64,000 nucleotides of DNA from contig OW569378.1 in assembly GCA_937625935.1 (NCBI GenBank), positions 248,001 to 312,000 on the forward strand, in the 5' to 3' direction. The position numbers and the translations under genes are program-made. Position 1 is the stretch's first letter. Each line of letters begins with the position of its first letter. This document shows positions 45,707-56,113 of the stretch, piece by piece. The notes beneath the pieces are model-generated. The model saw only the letters and a program-made list of their open reading frames with translations. It had not been told where the DNA came from and searched no databases. Source of the stretch: Tetramitus jugosus (Eukaryota; Protista; Heterolobosea).

Positions 45707-46376
45707 TTACTGGAATAACAGATTTCTACCGACGAATTCCTTTAGTTTCTCATCCTTCATCAGTTCTTCCGATACTCCCTTTTCATCTCCCTTTTGAGCT
45801 TCAGTGATTGTATTTCCCATCTTGGACAGTGTCTCTTTAAGCATATGTTCAAATTCAACGACCATATCTTCCATTTTTTGTTTCAGTGATTCAATTTCTT
45901 TGCTCTTCATTTCAATTACATGATCCTTCTCTTTCTTGGTCTCATCGAGCGCATGTTTTGCCAGAGCTAACATTCGAAGGGAAAACAGTGAATAAGGAGA
46001 GAACCAATTCGAACACATAACTTAATAACATACCGAGTTGATCCTTTAGGTTTGCTCTTTTTCTTTCGGAATCATTCACTCTTCCAATCATGGTTTCTTG
46101 CATTGACTTGTACTGACGTATCATATCTGAAGCAATGTTAAATCGTTCCACCTTTTCCTTCTCAAAATCCTCGTCCAATTGACGTAATTTGTCTCTCATT
46201 TCACTCTGATCCGATTTGGCTCTCTGAGTTTGTTCTGAGCGTAGCACTAGCAACCGTTCGAGGGTTTCAATCCTTAACTTGGCCTGTCTTAACTCATCTT
46301 GCAATCCAACAATAATCTCTGCTTCTGTTTTCTCATTTTTCTTTCCTTTACCACCTGTTGTCTTTTTGGAGGACAT
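45707..46376 (-). CDS. DRC12: Dynein regulatory complex subunit 12 (CCDC153-like), 2 exons (46376-46034, 45966-45707)
   Basis: DMIRQYKSMQ and KMEDM..EFEHMLKETL..M motifs; in-phase intron. Confidence 0.8.
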
Positions 46377-46496
46377 TCCTTTCACACTTTGCACTCTCGA
46401 TATGTAGGCCTAAAGTCAAGCGTTGTCGGTAAAAATATTTGGCGCCCAAGACTTTACTGGTCAAGTTTATAACAAGGAAGTCACAACAGTGAAAAG

Positions 46497-49400
46497 ATGA
46501 TTGCAACAGGAACTTCTTCTATGAGAAGATCATCCAGTTTTCAACAATGTTCTGACTTAGAGTGCCCTACTGAGATATCATGGGTAAAATGGTCAATTGG
46601 TTCGGAGCATGCGAAGAAATTGACAGTGAAGAACATTTCTAAGAGAACAATTCGGTTTTCCTGTCGACTTCGGAAGCAAGACGGGACATTTGAGCTTGAA
46701 AATGCCATGAACGAAGTAAAGCTAAGTCCTGGTTTGACCATAACATTTGATGTTGTTTTTCGGCCGACAGAGTTTGTGGACTATGACGACATGGTGATTG
46801 TCAAGAGCCAATCTAGCGAATGCACTGTAAGGATCTCTGCTGTTAGGCCTGTGGTCTCCATTTTACTTCCAGATAAGTTCGACATGGGATATTGTCCTGT
46901 GAAAGAAATATCTTGTCGATCATTCTTCATTGAGAACGATGGAGGAATACAGTATGATTTTCAATGTCAGTTTCAATCTCCTTTTGAAATCAAGCCATCT
47001 CAAGGCACCATGATGCCTGGTCAGAAGCAAGAAATGTTTATTTATTTTCAACCAGAGGAAGCCTGCGTACTGGTATCTCAAGTCGTGGTTCGGTTGTCAA
47101 CTGGCCAGAACCATTTGATCAAGTTGGGTGGAATTGGAAAGTTTCCCTATTTAGCAGTTTCAAATCCTTATGTTGTCTTCGAGGGAAAGGAGCCAGCAAA
47201 CACAATGGATTACAAAGAACTATTGGTGGAGAATAGATCACTTGTTCCAGCTCAATTTGCAATATCTAGGCATGACGAATTTAGTGGGAATTCACCCTCT
47301 CTCTTTTCTTTTTCTCCAACTTGGGGAGTAGTACTACCCCACAAATCGGTATCAATCGAAGTATGTCGTCTCCCTACTCAAAATACGGTATTCAGTAAGG
47401 AAACTTTTGAAATGAAAACGCCTGGAGGCAACAGATTGAGTATCACATGTTCTTGGAAAAACACCGAGTCACATATCGAACATCCCTTACATCAGAGCAA
47501 AATAGAAACGATACAGGTGGAGGAAGATCATAGCGAGTTAAGAAATGTGAATCTATATGGCGAGTATGATTCTACTCAGATTTCCCTCAGTCAAAAGATG
47601 ATAGATTTTGATGAAGTTCTAATAGGAGAGAGCGAAACTCAGACCCTTATTTTGTTCAATCACTCTGAAAAGCCTATTCCCTTCAGAATGTTAATTATTG
47701 GAAAAGATGGAGAGTTCCCAAATGATCGAACTTTATGTTTTGAAGAGGATAGAGGAGTGTTGGAAGGGAGATCGAGCAAAGTTCTTACTCTACGATATCA
47801 CCCGCTTGAGAGAAGAAAAGATCATTTTGTTTCATTTTGCGTAGTTCCTACGTCTGATTCATTATCGAACCTTCTTTTTCCTCTCGACGATAAGGACGTA
47901 TCACTTCAAATCTACCCTCTAATATCAAAATTGGTCACCAAACACAACTCAGGATCTATTTCTCTTCCTTTTTGTGAAGTCAGAGCTGTAGGAAATTATC
48001 CCACACTAGGTATAACAGATATCTTTGGGTTCAGTCAGAGGAAGGCAGATATGTGGAAAAATTTCTCTGTCGATTCCATTAATTCAGAGTTACTGCTTCC
48101 AAAACGAAAAGATAGTTTGGATAATCTATCTTTCAAAGAAAAGCTTTTAAGTTTGAAAAGAGTCATGCTAGATTTTGGAGCCAGTTTAATTGAGAGTTCT
48201 GATTCTGTTGTGTACGTGCATTTTACAAACCTTTCGAGACTACCAGCGACATTGAAGCTCTCTTTTGCACAAGATACTGTGGCCAACATGGATCGATGGG
48301 CCCAAAATTTGGTCCCTAAGAACGAAGCAGATGAGAGAGAACTAGATATAATCTTTAATGATCTCTATCAAATACAACCGAGAAGGTTGGACTTAAATTC
48401 GGGGGAATCTGGAATTATCCGCTTTAAATACCGTCACCACCTTGTGGGTTCTCATTCGATTCCAGTGCTACTAGAGGTCAACAATGGAGTCTCTATCGCT
48501 TTGGATTTAACAGGGCAAACCTTAGATGAAGAGCAACCCTATATTCATCTTTCGTCTTTCGAACACGAGTTTGAGAGTGTGGACATCTCGATGATGGAAC
48601 AAGCTCCGATTCAATATTTTATGGTCCATAACCCAAGTAGGCTCAATGTTCAGTTTTCTGTGGACTTAGAACAACTAGAGAGACTGAAGTTTGAGAATTA
48701 TGACTACCCTGTTATAGAACTCCTCAACCCCACTGGCTGCATACCCTCACAGGGGTCTGCTCTCTTGCAATTCATTTTTAAACCCCTCGAGGAAAAGTAC
48801 TATGAAGTCGAGCTCCCTCTTCACATTATCCCGGAAAGAGGAACTTTGGATAGCATAGATCGAGAGGGTCTTAGCTACTACATAACCTTCGGAGGGAGAG
48901 GAACTAGTAATGTACCAAAAGGAAGATCTCAAGATACCCTACCCGATCTGGAAAAGGATACTTCGGGGATAATCTCACCTGTACCGAGCGAGGTTCCTCC
49001 AGTGCAGAGTATTTGTGGTATTGAAGATCAACTGGCATCCTTATCCTTACAAGTCTTAGACCTAGGTCAAGTACCGTGTCATTCCTTAAACAAAAGGTTG
49101 GTTATCATACAGAATAGATGCACAGACGTAATTCGGTACGATTGGGACACAGATATGCCCAAGGCAGATCATGGATCTTGCATGGAAGTGTCTGTGGAAC
49201 CAGTATCCGGGATTTTAGGACCAGGAGAATCAAAAGCAGTCGTATTAGCATTTTCAACTGGTAGTTTATCACAAGTTTTAAACAATGATATTTGCTGTAC
49301 TATTACGAATGAAACAATGAAGAAGATAAAAGAAACCCTGAAGAAAGAAATGGAATCTACACTCCATAATATCAGAGAGGATGAAATCTTGGGTTCCGAT

Positions 49401-50000
49401 TCAACAATTCGTTCTTCTCTAAGAAGTGCAAGGAGAGTTCACCGTCCTCCAGTGACTGGTGAGCGGAAGGTCCTAACAAAAGTAATTAAGAATAGCCTCC
49501 ATAACCAAAGCGGAACTATATCGGAAGATAAGTTGGAAAACCAGAAATTGTTCATCCGAATACATGGACACATTGTTTCTCTGAGTACCTATCGCATGAC
49601 TGTGCAAGATCCTATCAAGAATTGCTATATTCCAAAAGTCCCATACTTGGCTGCGCGCTATTTCTCTTCACCTTCAGCAATGGAACCATCTGAAATATCT
49701 GAATTACCAGAATCTTTTCAAGATCTCTGTTCCAATGTTATTGGACACATGTTGCAAGATATTGTACATGACAAGGATGTAATTCAGGCTTACGAGACAG
49801 ATAGCCAACTAGATGAGACCTACTTCTTTGATATATCTTCAAAAGAACTGTTACCACCCCCTAATCGATCAAATCTCAAACCCCAAACTCTTTTGGAAGA
49901 TCCAGAGTTTCAAGCATTGGCTGAGTGGATCTTAAGTGAGACTATACTTAATATTGTGGATGAAATGATTGAGGATCGAAACTTAGGAGAACAAGATTAA
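46497..50000 (+). CDS. CFAP65: Cilia/flagella-associated protein 65-like (ASH/MSP repeats)
   Basis: W..GSEHAKKLTVKNIS, LSPGL...V.FRP...DY.D and GIGKFPYL; repeated ASH-type domains. Confidence 0.8.
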   Translation: MIATGTSSMRRSSSFQQCSDLECPTEISWVKWSIGSEHAKKLTVKNISKRTIRFSCRLRKQDGTFELENAMNEVKLSPGLTITFDVVFRPTEFVDYDDMVIVKSQSSECTVRISAVRPVVSILLPDKFDMGYCPVKEISCRSFFIENDGGIQYDFQCQFQSPFEIKPSQGTMMPGQKQEMFIYFQPEEACVLVSQVVVRLSTGQNHLIKLGGIGKFPYLAVSNPYVVFEGKEPANTMDYKELLVENRSLVPAQFAISRHDEFSGNSPSLFSFSPTWGVVLPHKSVSIEVCRLPTQNTVFSKETFEMKTPGGNRLSITCSWKNTESHIEHPLHQSKIETIQVEEDHSELRNVNLYGEYDSTQISLSQKMIDFDEVLIGESETQTLILFNHSEKPIPFRMLIIGKDGEFPNDRTLCFEEDRGVLEGRSSKVLTLRYHPLERRKDHFVSFCVVPTSDSLSNLLFPLDDKDVSLQIYPLISKLVTKHNSGSISLPFCEVRAVGNYPTLGITDIFGFSQRKADMWKNFSVDSINSELLLPKRKDSLDNLSFKEKLLSLKRVMLDFGASLIESSDSVVYVHFTNLSRLPATLKLSFAQDTVANMDRWAQNLVPKNEADERELDIIFNDLYQIQPRRLDLNSGESGIIRFKYRHHLVGSHSIPVLLEVNNGVSIALDLTGQTLDEEQPYIHLSSFEHEFESVDISMMEQAPIQYFMVHNPSRLNVQFSVDLEQLERLKFENYDYPVIELLNPTGCIPSQGSALLQFIFKPLEEKYYEVELPLHIIPERGTLDSIDREGLSYYITFGGRGTSNVPKGRSQDTLPDLEKDTSGIISPVPSEVPPVQSICGIEDQLASLSLQVLDLGQVPCHSLNKRLVIIQNRCTDVIRYDWDTDMPKADHGSCMEVSVEPVSGILGPGESKAVVLAFSTGSLSQVLNNDICCTITNETMKKIKETLKKEMESTLHNIREDEILGSDSTIRSSLRSARRVHRPPVTGERKVLTKVIKNSLHNQSGTISEDKLENQKLFIRIHGHIVSLSTYRMTVQDPIKNCYIPKVPYLAARYFSSPSAMEPSEISELPESFQDLCSNVIGHMLQDIVHDKDVIQAYETDSQLDETYFFDISSKELLPPPNRSNLKPQTLLEDPEFQALAEWILSETILNIVDEMIEDRNLGEQD

Positions 50001-50201
50001 CGGATGATGTTGATCGTGATCTCGAGTGTATTGAAAAAACCGCTCTGGATGATGGGTCCAAATTCGGTCAACGTTTTGACTCGAATGGGACAAACGGGGA
50101 AAAAGTTTTTGATGTGTTGATGTGCTTCACACTATAAAACTGTTGATGATTGTATTCGATATTGAGGATACAACCCAAACCCACCAATCGGTACAAATAA
50201 C

Positions 50202-50762
50202 ATGAGATCAACAATCCTAATCATTGTCCTACTTCTTCTTTATGCCTATACTTGCACTGGTACTTGTACGAACTGCGGGGCTAACGAAGGTTGCTGCAAT
50301 GACTTGAATAACAATGGAGGACGTCCTACTTGTTACAGCAAAGCTACTCACCAATGTAACAATGGAAACAGGCTCTGCCCTTTGAATCACCTGTCCTGTG
50401 GAGCTGCATGCTATCCACCTGCTCAGTATCAATGTAACAGCGGAGATAAATTGTGTCCTCTAGGTTTTCTATCATGTGGAGATGCCTGTTACAGCGAGTT
50501 CCAGTATGCTTGCGTTAATGGACGTTTGGTCAACAACTGCGTTCCTGGGGCTTGTATCAACTTAGCTTGCTGTCCAGTAAATGCTGGATGTTACAATCCA
50601 AATCACTTTGCTTGCACCAATGAAGGTCTCTTTGTGAGATGCTTCGGTATTGCATCAAATGAGCCTTCCGTGTGTAACGGCCATGGAACATGCGATGGTT
50701 TGGACCACTGTGTTTGTCGAGATGGATTCACTGGTCCTAACTGCTTTACTCCACCTCCTTAA
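50202..50762 (+). CDS. Secreted Cys-rich protein (CBM52-like repeats + EGF-like)
   Basis: Signal peptide; CG.ACY....Y.C....LCP repeats; CFG...VCNGHGTC...D.CVC..GFTGPNC. Confidence 0.8.
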   Translation: MRSTILIIVLLLLYAYTCTGTCTNCGANEGCCNDLNNNGGRPTCYSKATHQCNNGNRLCPLNHLSCGAACYPPAQYQCNSGDKLCPLGFLSCGDACYSEFQYACVNGRLVNNCVPGACINLACCPVNAGCYNPNHFACTNEGLFVRCFGIASNEPSVCNGHGTCDGLDHCVCRDGFTGPNCFTPPP

Positions 50763-50982
50763 GACAGAGTATTTGACATTCAGAAATATAATTGTAAATA
50801 CATAATGGAGTTTGTTAAAATCTACAGCATGTCGATGACAAAGCTACCCTTCACTTCCAAGTTCCATTTCGTTATTTGAATGTCAATCTAAAAAAAAACA
50901 TCAGATTCTGCAGGAAATCAACTGGACAAAACTCAACCAAAAAACACTCTCGCCGCAAAACAACAAAGAACATAAAACTCAC

Positions 50983-52920
50983 ATGAATCTAACAAAGTAC
51001 CTAATCATCCACAAAAACTCTGGAAAGGCTCTGGATTGGAATTTGGGTGCCCCAAATCATCACAGTCTGTTTCTGTGGTCTCCCACTTACAATGCTCCCA
51101 ATCATCAGTGGATCATTTGTCAAGAAGGTTCCTCGCCAGAACAGGTCAAGATTAAATCTCCGCCTCGTTCTCCGACTGAAAAATCCGACATTGTGCTCAG
51201 TGAAGCCTACATTTGGAAACACAAGGACGATAGTAGTAGCTACTATACGCTTGACGAGAAACAAAAGCTCCATGAGACGTGGGTGTTGGAACCAGTGAGA
51301 TCAAGCGGTGCCAATGTGTTTCGATTGAAATATGTTGACAATGGTTGTTACTTGGTTTTTCAAGCGCGCAGTAGCTCTTGTGCGAGCAGTAAGCCACAAC
51401 CTGACAGCGTTCATTTGGCTCCTTATTTGATGCCTAGCGAGCTAATAGGTACGAGTGGCAGTTGTGGTGATGATGAATGGGTGTTGTACGAGCTACAAGA
51501 TCATTCTTCTCGTTCCACTCAGAGCGGCTCTGCAGTTGATGTTGACTCTCAGTCATCGTACATGATTGTAAACAAGATGACAGGATTGGCATTGGATGGT
51601 AATTGTTCTGCTGCGAATCAAGTGTGTCAAACGCACAAGAGACCATTTGTGTGGCCAGTGAGCTCAACTGATGCGAAACAAGCACCCGTCAATCACCAAT
51701 TCCAATTTTCGTTGGTCAATGGGAACTCTGGTGCACCCATCAACGAATACATGATTGTTTCGTTGAACAGTAGAATGGCACTGGATGGCAATGAGAATGT
51801 GCCTCAGCACGATGCACAGTATCCTGCTCCGTTCATGTGGGCGCCTCATCCCAATGCGCCCAATCATCGCTGGAGACTGATCAATGAAAGTGGTGGATAT
51901 TATAGTATTGAGAATGTGGCGAATGGAAAAGTGTTGGACGGTAATGTAACTGCATCGAATCAGCTCGATTCAAAGCATAGAGCTCCATTCTTGAATTGGA
52001 AAACAAGCAACAATGATGGACAGTTGTGGGAATTGAGAAAGGTGAACACCAATGTTGCATCAATCATGCAGCAGCAACAACAACCACAACAGAGAAAGCT
52101 TGCATTCCCAATCTTACCCCCACAGAAGAATGAAGTAGATTGTGCTCCTATTGATCCGTACATGCTTCAAAATGCACCTGTTTTCGAACAAGCAGACAAA
52201 CAAGGCATTAAAAAGCACTTTGACGAGCAAGGATTTGTGATCATTCGAGGTGTGCTCAACGAGAACGAAGTACAGGAAACAAGAAACTATTTCGATGAAG
52301 TTAACAAGTCCATCAACTGGGGAACAAGTTATCCAAGAATCATGATGCCTCACAGAAATCACAAACGTGCTGAGCAATTGCTCCGACATCCCAACATTGT
52401 TCCGTTTGTGGAGCTCGTCATGGGAGAGGAATGCAGAGGTGCTCAAACCATGTACTACTTCAAGCCACCGGGATCAAGGGGACAATCACTGCATCAAGAT
52501 AACTTTTATCTGAAATCGCAGCCAGGTACTTGTGTGGCCTCTTGGACTGCCATTGATGATGCTGATCCCTACAATGGTGGCATGTACTTGGCTCCAGACA
52601 CAAGCAATTATGATATCCAGTGCCCAGGATTAGCAGACATGAGTCGTTCTGCCTTCCCAGCCTACGTTCCTATTCCACATGACAAGAAACCATTGCTTGC
52701 TGGAATGAAGGCAGGAGATGTTTTGATCTTCAATGGCAATGTGTTGCATGGCAGTGGACCCAACAATACCTCGGATCGTTTCAGAAGAAGCTTCATTGGT
52801 CATTACATACCTGCGTCGTCCCAGATGATATCAGAGTTTTATCTACCTCTGGTCGATCTCAAAACAGGAGAGACCATGTCACTCACGCACAACGCTGGTG
52901 GCGGTCCTTGCGGTGGATGA
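50983..52920 (+). CDS. Ricin-B (beta-trefoil) lectin fused to PhyH-family 2OG-Fe(II) dioxygenase
   Basis: Repeats Y.I.N..SG.ALD...NHQW; C-terminal FDEQGFVII, HQD, and AGDVLIFNGNVLHGS..N.SDR.R. Confidence 0.85.
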   Translation: MNLTKYLIIHKNSGKALDWNLGAPNHHSLFLWSPTYNAPNHQWIICQEGSSPEQVKIKSPPRSPTEKSDIVLSEAYIWKHKDDSSSYYTLDEKQKLHETWVLEPVRSSGANVFRLKYVDNGCYLVFQARSSSCASSKPQPDSVHLAPYLMPSELIGTSGSCGDDEWVLYELQDHSSRSTQSGSAVDVDSQSSYMIVNKMTGLALDGNCSAANQVCQTHKRPFVWPVSSTDAKQAPVNHQFQFSLVNGNSGAPINEYMIVSLNSRMALDGNENVPQHDAQYPAPFMWAPHPNAPNHRWRLINESGGYYSIENVANGKVLDGNVTASNQLDSKHRAPFLNWKTSNNDGQLWELRKVNTNVASIMQQQQQPQQRKLAFPILPPQKNEVDCAPIDPYMLQNAPVFEQADKQGIKKHFDEQGFVIIRGVLNENEVQETRNYFDEVNKSINWGTSYPRIMMPHRNHKRAEQLLRHPNIVPFVELVMGEECRGAQTMYYFKPPGSRGQSLHQDNFYLKSQPGTCVASWTAIDDADPYNGGMYLAPDTSNYDIQCPGLADMSRSAFPAYVPIPHDKKPLLAGMKAGDVLIFNGNVLHGSGPNNTSDRFRRSFIGHYIPASSQMISEFYLPLVDLKTGETMSLTHNAGGGPCGG

Positions 52921-52946
52921 ATGTTATTGATTCGTATTGATTGTAT

Positions 52947-55127
52947 TTATAAAATGTAAAAGTTAGCACACACAATCTTGCGCAAGTAGTCCCTAATCTT
53001 CTTTGTTGGTGCATCGATTTGAGTCTCCTCTGCTGAAAAGGTAACAATCGAATTAAGTGCTGGCAAAGAAATCTTATAGAGACCAAAACTCTCCATATCT
53101 ACTCGAACATCTAGTCCCTCACTTTGCAGTGAGTGAATTATTCTCTCCACAGTTACATCACCGAAAAGCATTTGCTGCCGGGTAGGCCGCTTTTCCTCTG
53201 TCGTGGCAGAGCTTGCACTCGCACTAGGAACTTTGTGATCTGGAAGAAGCAGATAGGCACCATCTTTGGCGTGAACTCTAGCACTAATTCGAGCCACATT
53301 CATACCCTTCATCTGCTTAGGGAAAATTTCATTGGCCAACTCATCACTCACCTTTGCTTGTTCATATTTCCTCGTTAAACTTCGTATCAGGGTGCGCTCC
53401 ATCGAACCAATCGTGTATATCGTTCCTGGAACGATTCCCTGAAGAATTTTGATATTCAAATGTTGAGCCACACTCAATGGCAACAACAAATTTTCTGGCT
53501 CGATTGTTTTGATGAGTTGATGCACCTCGTTCGCCTTTAACTTCACATCGATCGGGCAATGGATGATATTGATATGCAAATCATTCTTTTTCGAACCATT
53601 ATGCATGTCAAATGGCGCAGTTAGATTATTCACTGGGAAATCTGGCTCAATACACAGCATCGCACTCCTAGGGTTTCCTCCAAGCAACTTGATCAGTGGC
53701 AACACATCTCCCAAGCGACAACTTGGATGACCGGTGAATATGATACAGGGATTCGATCTATTCTGATGATAAACCTGGGCAAACTCTGCATTCATCGCAG
53801 GAAACACTTGCAGTTGCTTGTTGGCCAACAAGTTGTGATGAATGAACGGAGGTTCTGCCACAAAAGCCTTCTCCTGCTTCTGAGAGCACAACCACTCTGA
53901 AGAAATGTTTGAATAGGCTAATGAATGCTTTGCAGAAGGTGATACGAAAAACATGTTCACGTTCAACAGATTCAACGAATTGAGATACGACCGAATTACT
54001 TCAATCAAATCATACACGATACCACTGGAATACGTCGGTATGAGCACATCACCTCCACTGCTCACAGTGAGACCAATGCTGCGACACAAGTCATTCATAC
54101 TCATCTCCAGTGTTCTCGCATCCTGCGTTACAACAGATGACTGAGAAGAAACATCGGCAATCAACACCAGATCTGCATTCTTCAACTCCTTGATGGCCAA
54201 TGGTTCCGGATGCCTTGCCGTCGCACTCGAAGAACACGACAAGTACACCATTTTTTCATACTCGGTCTGAATGATCCAATTCGCACTACCCAGACAAAAT
54301 CCACTACTCACCGGAGTGACCACAAACGATCCAAACACTGATATTCTCTCCTGGAACGACACTGGTCTCACAAACTTCATGCACTGTTCAATATCATGCA
54401 ATGTATAAATAGATTTCCACTCATCCATGAACTGATGATACAATTGTCGAATAAATGAATCCTCATCATTGTCATCATCATCATCTCCCATACTCGCATC
54501 ATCATTCTCGAGAGTTCTCTTTTTGGATCCTTTTGCAATTGGAATGGTCAAATTCGGAGTATTAATCATGGATTGAAGTTCTCTGTGATGAGCTCGATGA
54601 ACACAATTGACCAATTCTTCCATGTGCTGCCGACCAATCTGCACTGTAGGTTCAGTCGCATAGATTCTACCATGAAACAAGGATTTTGCTCTCTCATTCT
54701 GAAACAAGTATGGCAGAGCAAGCATATGATGAATGTTACTAATGAGAATCACATCGATATTCGATAGATCAATCATTGCTAAACCTCCACTACTACTATC
54801 ACTACTACTACTATTTTCATTTTCATTAGTAGTAGTTTTAGTGGTAGTAGTAGTTCGAAGAGCTTTTGGAATGTTGAATCGAAGTTGTTGGACTTGAAGC
54901 ATACCATTGATAGTATTGATATTGTTCTGTTGATGTTGATGTTGGTGGTGGTTCGTGTGAATGTTGATTTTGTTGTTATTGTTGTGAATTTTGGTGGTCA
55001 TGGTGGGTAGAGGATGCAAGTGTAATAGAGATTCCAAGTGAATGGGACAATCGATCAAAATGTTGGTGTTCTTGAATGTGATCAAGTAACACGATGATCC
55101 ATTGTCTGTCAAGCTCTGCACTCTCAT
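52947..55127 (-). CDS. INTS9: Integrator complex subunit 9
   Basis: IDVILISN..MLALPY, YATEPT.QIGR..MEEL, SSGFCLGSANW and FTGHPS.R.GD. Confidence 0.92.
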   Translation of the reverse strand: MRVQSLTDNGSSCYLITFKNTNILIDCPIHLESLLHLHPLPTMTTKIHNNNNKINIHTNHHQHQHQQNNINTINGMLQVQQLRFNIPKALRTTTTTKTTTNENENSSSSDSSSGGLAMIDLSNIDVILISNIHHMLALPYLFQNERAKSLFHGRIYATEPTVQIGRQHMEELVNCVHRAHHRELQSMINTPNLTIPIAKGSKKRTLENDDASMGDDDDDNDEDSFIRQLYHQFMDEWKSIYTLHDIEQCMKFVRPVSFQERISVFGSFVVTPVSSGFCLGSANWIIQTEYEKMVYLSCSSSATARHPEPLAIKELKNADLVLIADVSSQSSVVTQDARTLEMSMNDLCRSIGLTVSSGGDVLIPTYSSGIVYDLIEVIRSYLNSLNLLNVNMFFVSPSAKHSLAYSNISSEWLCSQKQEKAFVAEPPFIHHNLLANKQLQVFPAMNAEFAQVYHQNRSNPCIIFTGHPSCRLGDVLPLIKLLGGNPRSAMLCIEPDFPVNNLTAPFDMHNGSKKNDLHINIIHCPIDVKLKANEVHQLIKTIEPENLLLPLSVAQHLNIKILQGIVPGTIYTIGSMERTLIRSLTRKYEQAKVSDELANEIFPKQMKGMNVARISARVHAKDGAYLLLPDHKVPSASASSATTEEKRPTRQQMLFGDVTVERIIHSLQSEGLDVRVDMESFGLYKISLPALNSIVTFSAEETQIDAPTKKIRDYLRKIVCANFYIL

Positions 55128-55296
55128 TTTCTTCTTGTTGGTTTTTTGGCGCCCTTTTTTCTTACTCACTTGTATTTTTAGCAAAGACAGATATTCCTCC
55201 TCGAAGGTTCAAACAAAGAACTACAGCCGAACCAAGAGAATCACAAAAGAACAACGACTCACACAACAAGCAATAGAACAACAACAAAAAACAATC

Positions 55297-56052
55297 ATGG
55301 GTAATCAAATAGCATACATTACGTCCATCTATGATCACACCAACAGTCAACAAGAAGAAATCAAATACAAGCGTCAACTACTCCAATGCTCTCGTGAACA
55401 ATTACAAGTCGAAGTTCAAACTCAGGAACACTTGGAACAAATGATACTCGAAGCACAACAACACTTGCAATGTCTAGAACAACGAAAACAAACTTTGGAA
55501 TCAGAGAGAAACAAAGTATTGGAGGATATAGCCGCACAGAAACAAGCATATGATGAAAAATCAGTGGAGGAAAAGAATGAGGAGTTTGAGAGAAAGTACA
55601 ATAATACGTATCGATTTTTGAATGAAGATATGGTGAAGATGATTGATTCGATTACTGAGAAAATGTTCATTTATCAGAGCAAGATTTATAATTTGCAGTT
55701 GAAGGTGGATGAAATGGCTGATATTCGAGAGCAGACAGCGTACAATACGGATATAGTGGAAGAAGAGTTGGATGCGTTGGAACAGAGAGTGTCAGGTGTT
55801 AATATTGGATCGAGTACTACGAATCAAGATAGAGAGAGCGATATTGGTGCTGATTCGCAGAACATGTTGTTGCATTTGGAAGGTGGAACAGCACCGGCAC
55901 TGGATGATGATGATGATGAAGACGCACAATCTTCTTCCTCTGCTGCTAAAGATGGCGATTTTGTGGTGTACTATGAATCAGCAAAGCCGTCAACTAGTTT
56001 CTTCTCATTGACAAATAGTTCGGCAATACGGATGCCTGACGACCAAGTCTAA
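55297..56052 (+). CDS. Coiled-coil protein with possible N-myristoylation (MGNQ)
   Basis: Intact ORF divergent from INTS9; heptad-rich. Confidence 0.65.
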   Translation: MGNQIAYITSIYDHTNSQQEEIKYKRQLLQCSREQLQVEVQTQEHLEQMILEAQQHLQCLEQRKQTLESERNKVLEDIAAQKQAYDEKSVEEKNEEFERKYNNTYRFLNEDMVKMIDSITEKMFIYQSKIYNLQLKVDEMADIREQTAYNTDIVEEELDALEQRVSGVNIGSSTTNQDRESDIGADSQNMLLHLEGGTAPALDDDDDEDAQSSSSAAKDGDFVVYYESAKPSTSFFSLTNSSAIRMPDDQV

Positions 56053-56113
56053 GAAGAACAATATTGTAAATAACAAAAACTTTTTCAAAAAACGACTATA
56101 CACACTTTACATT

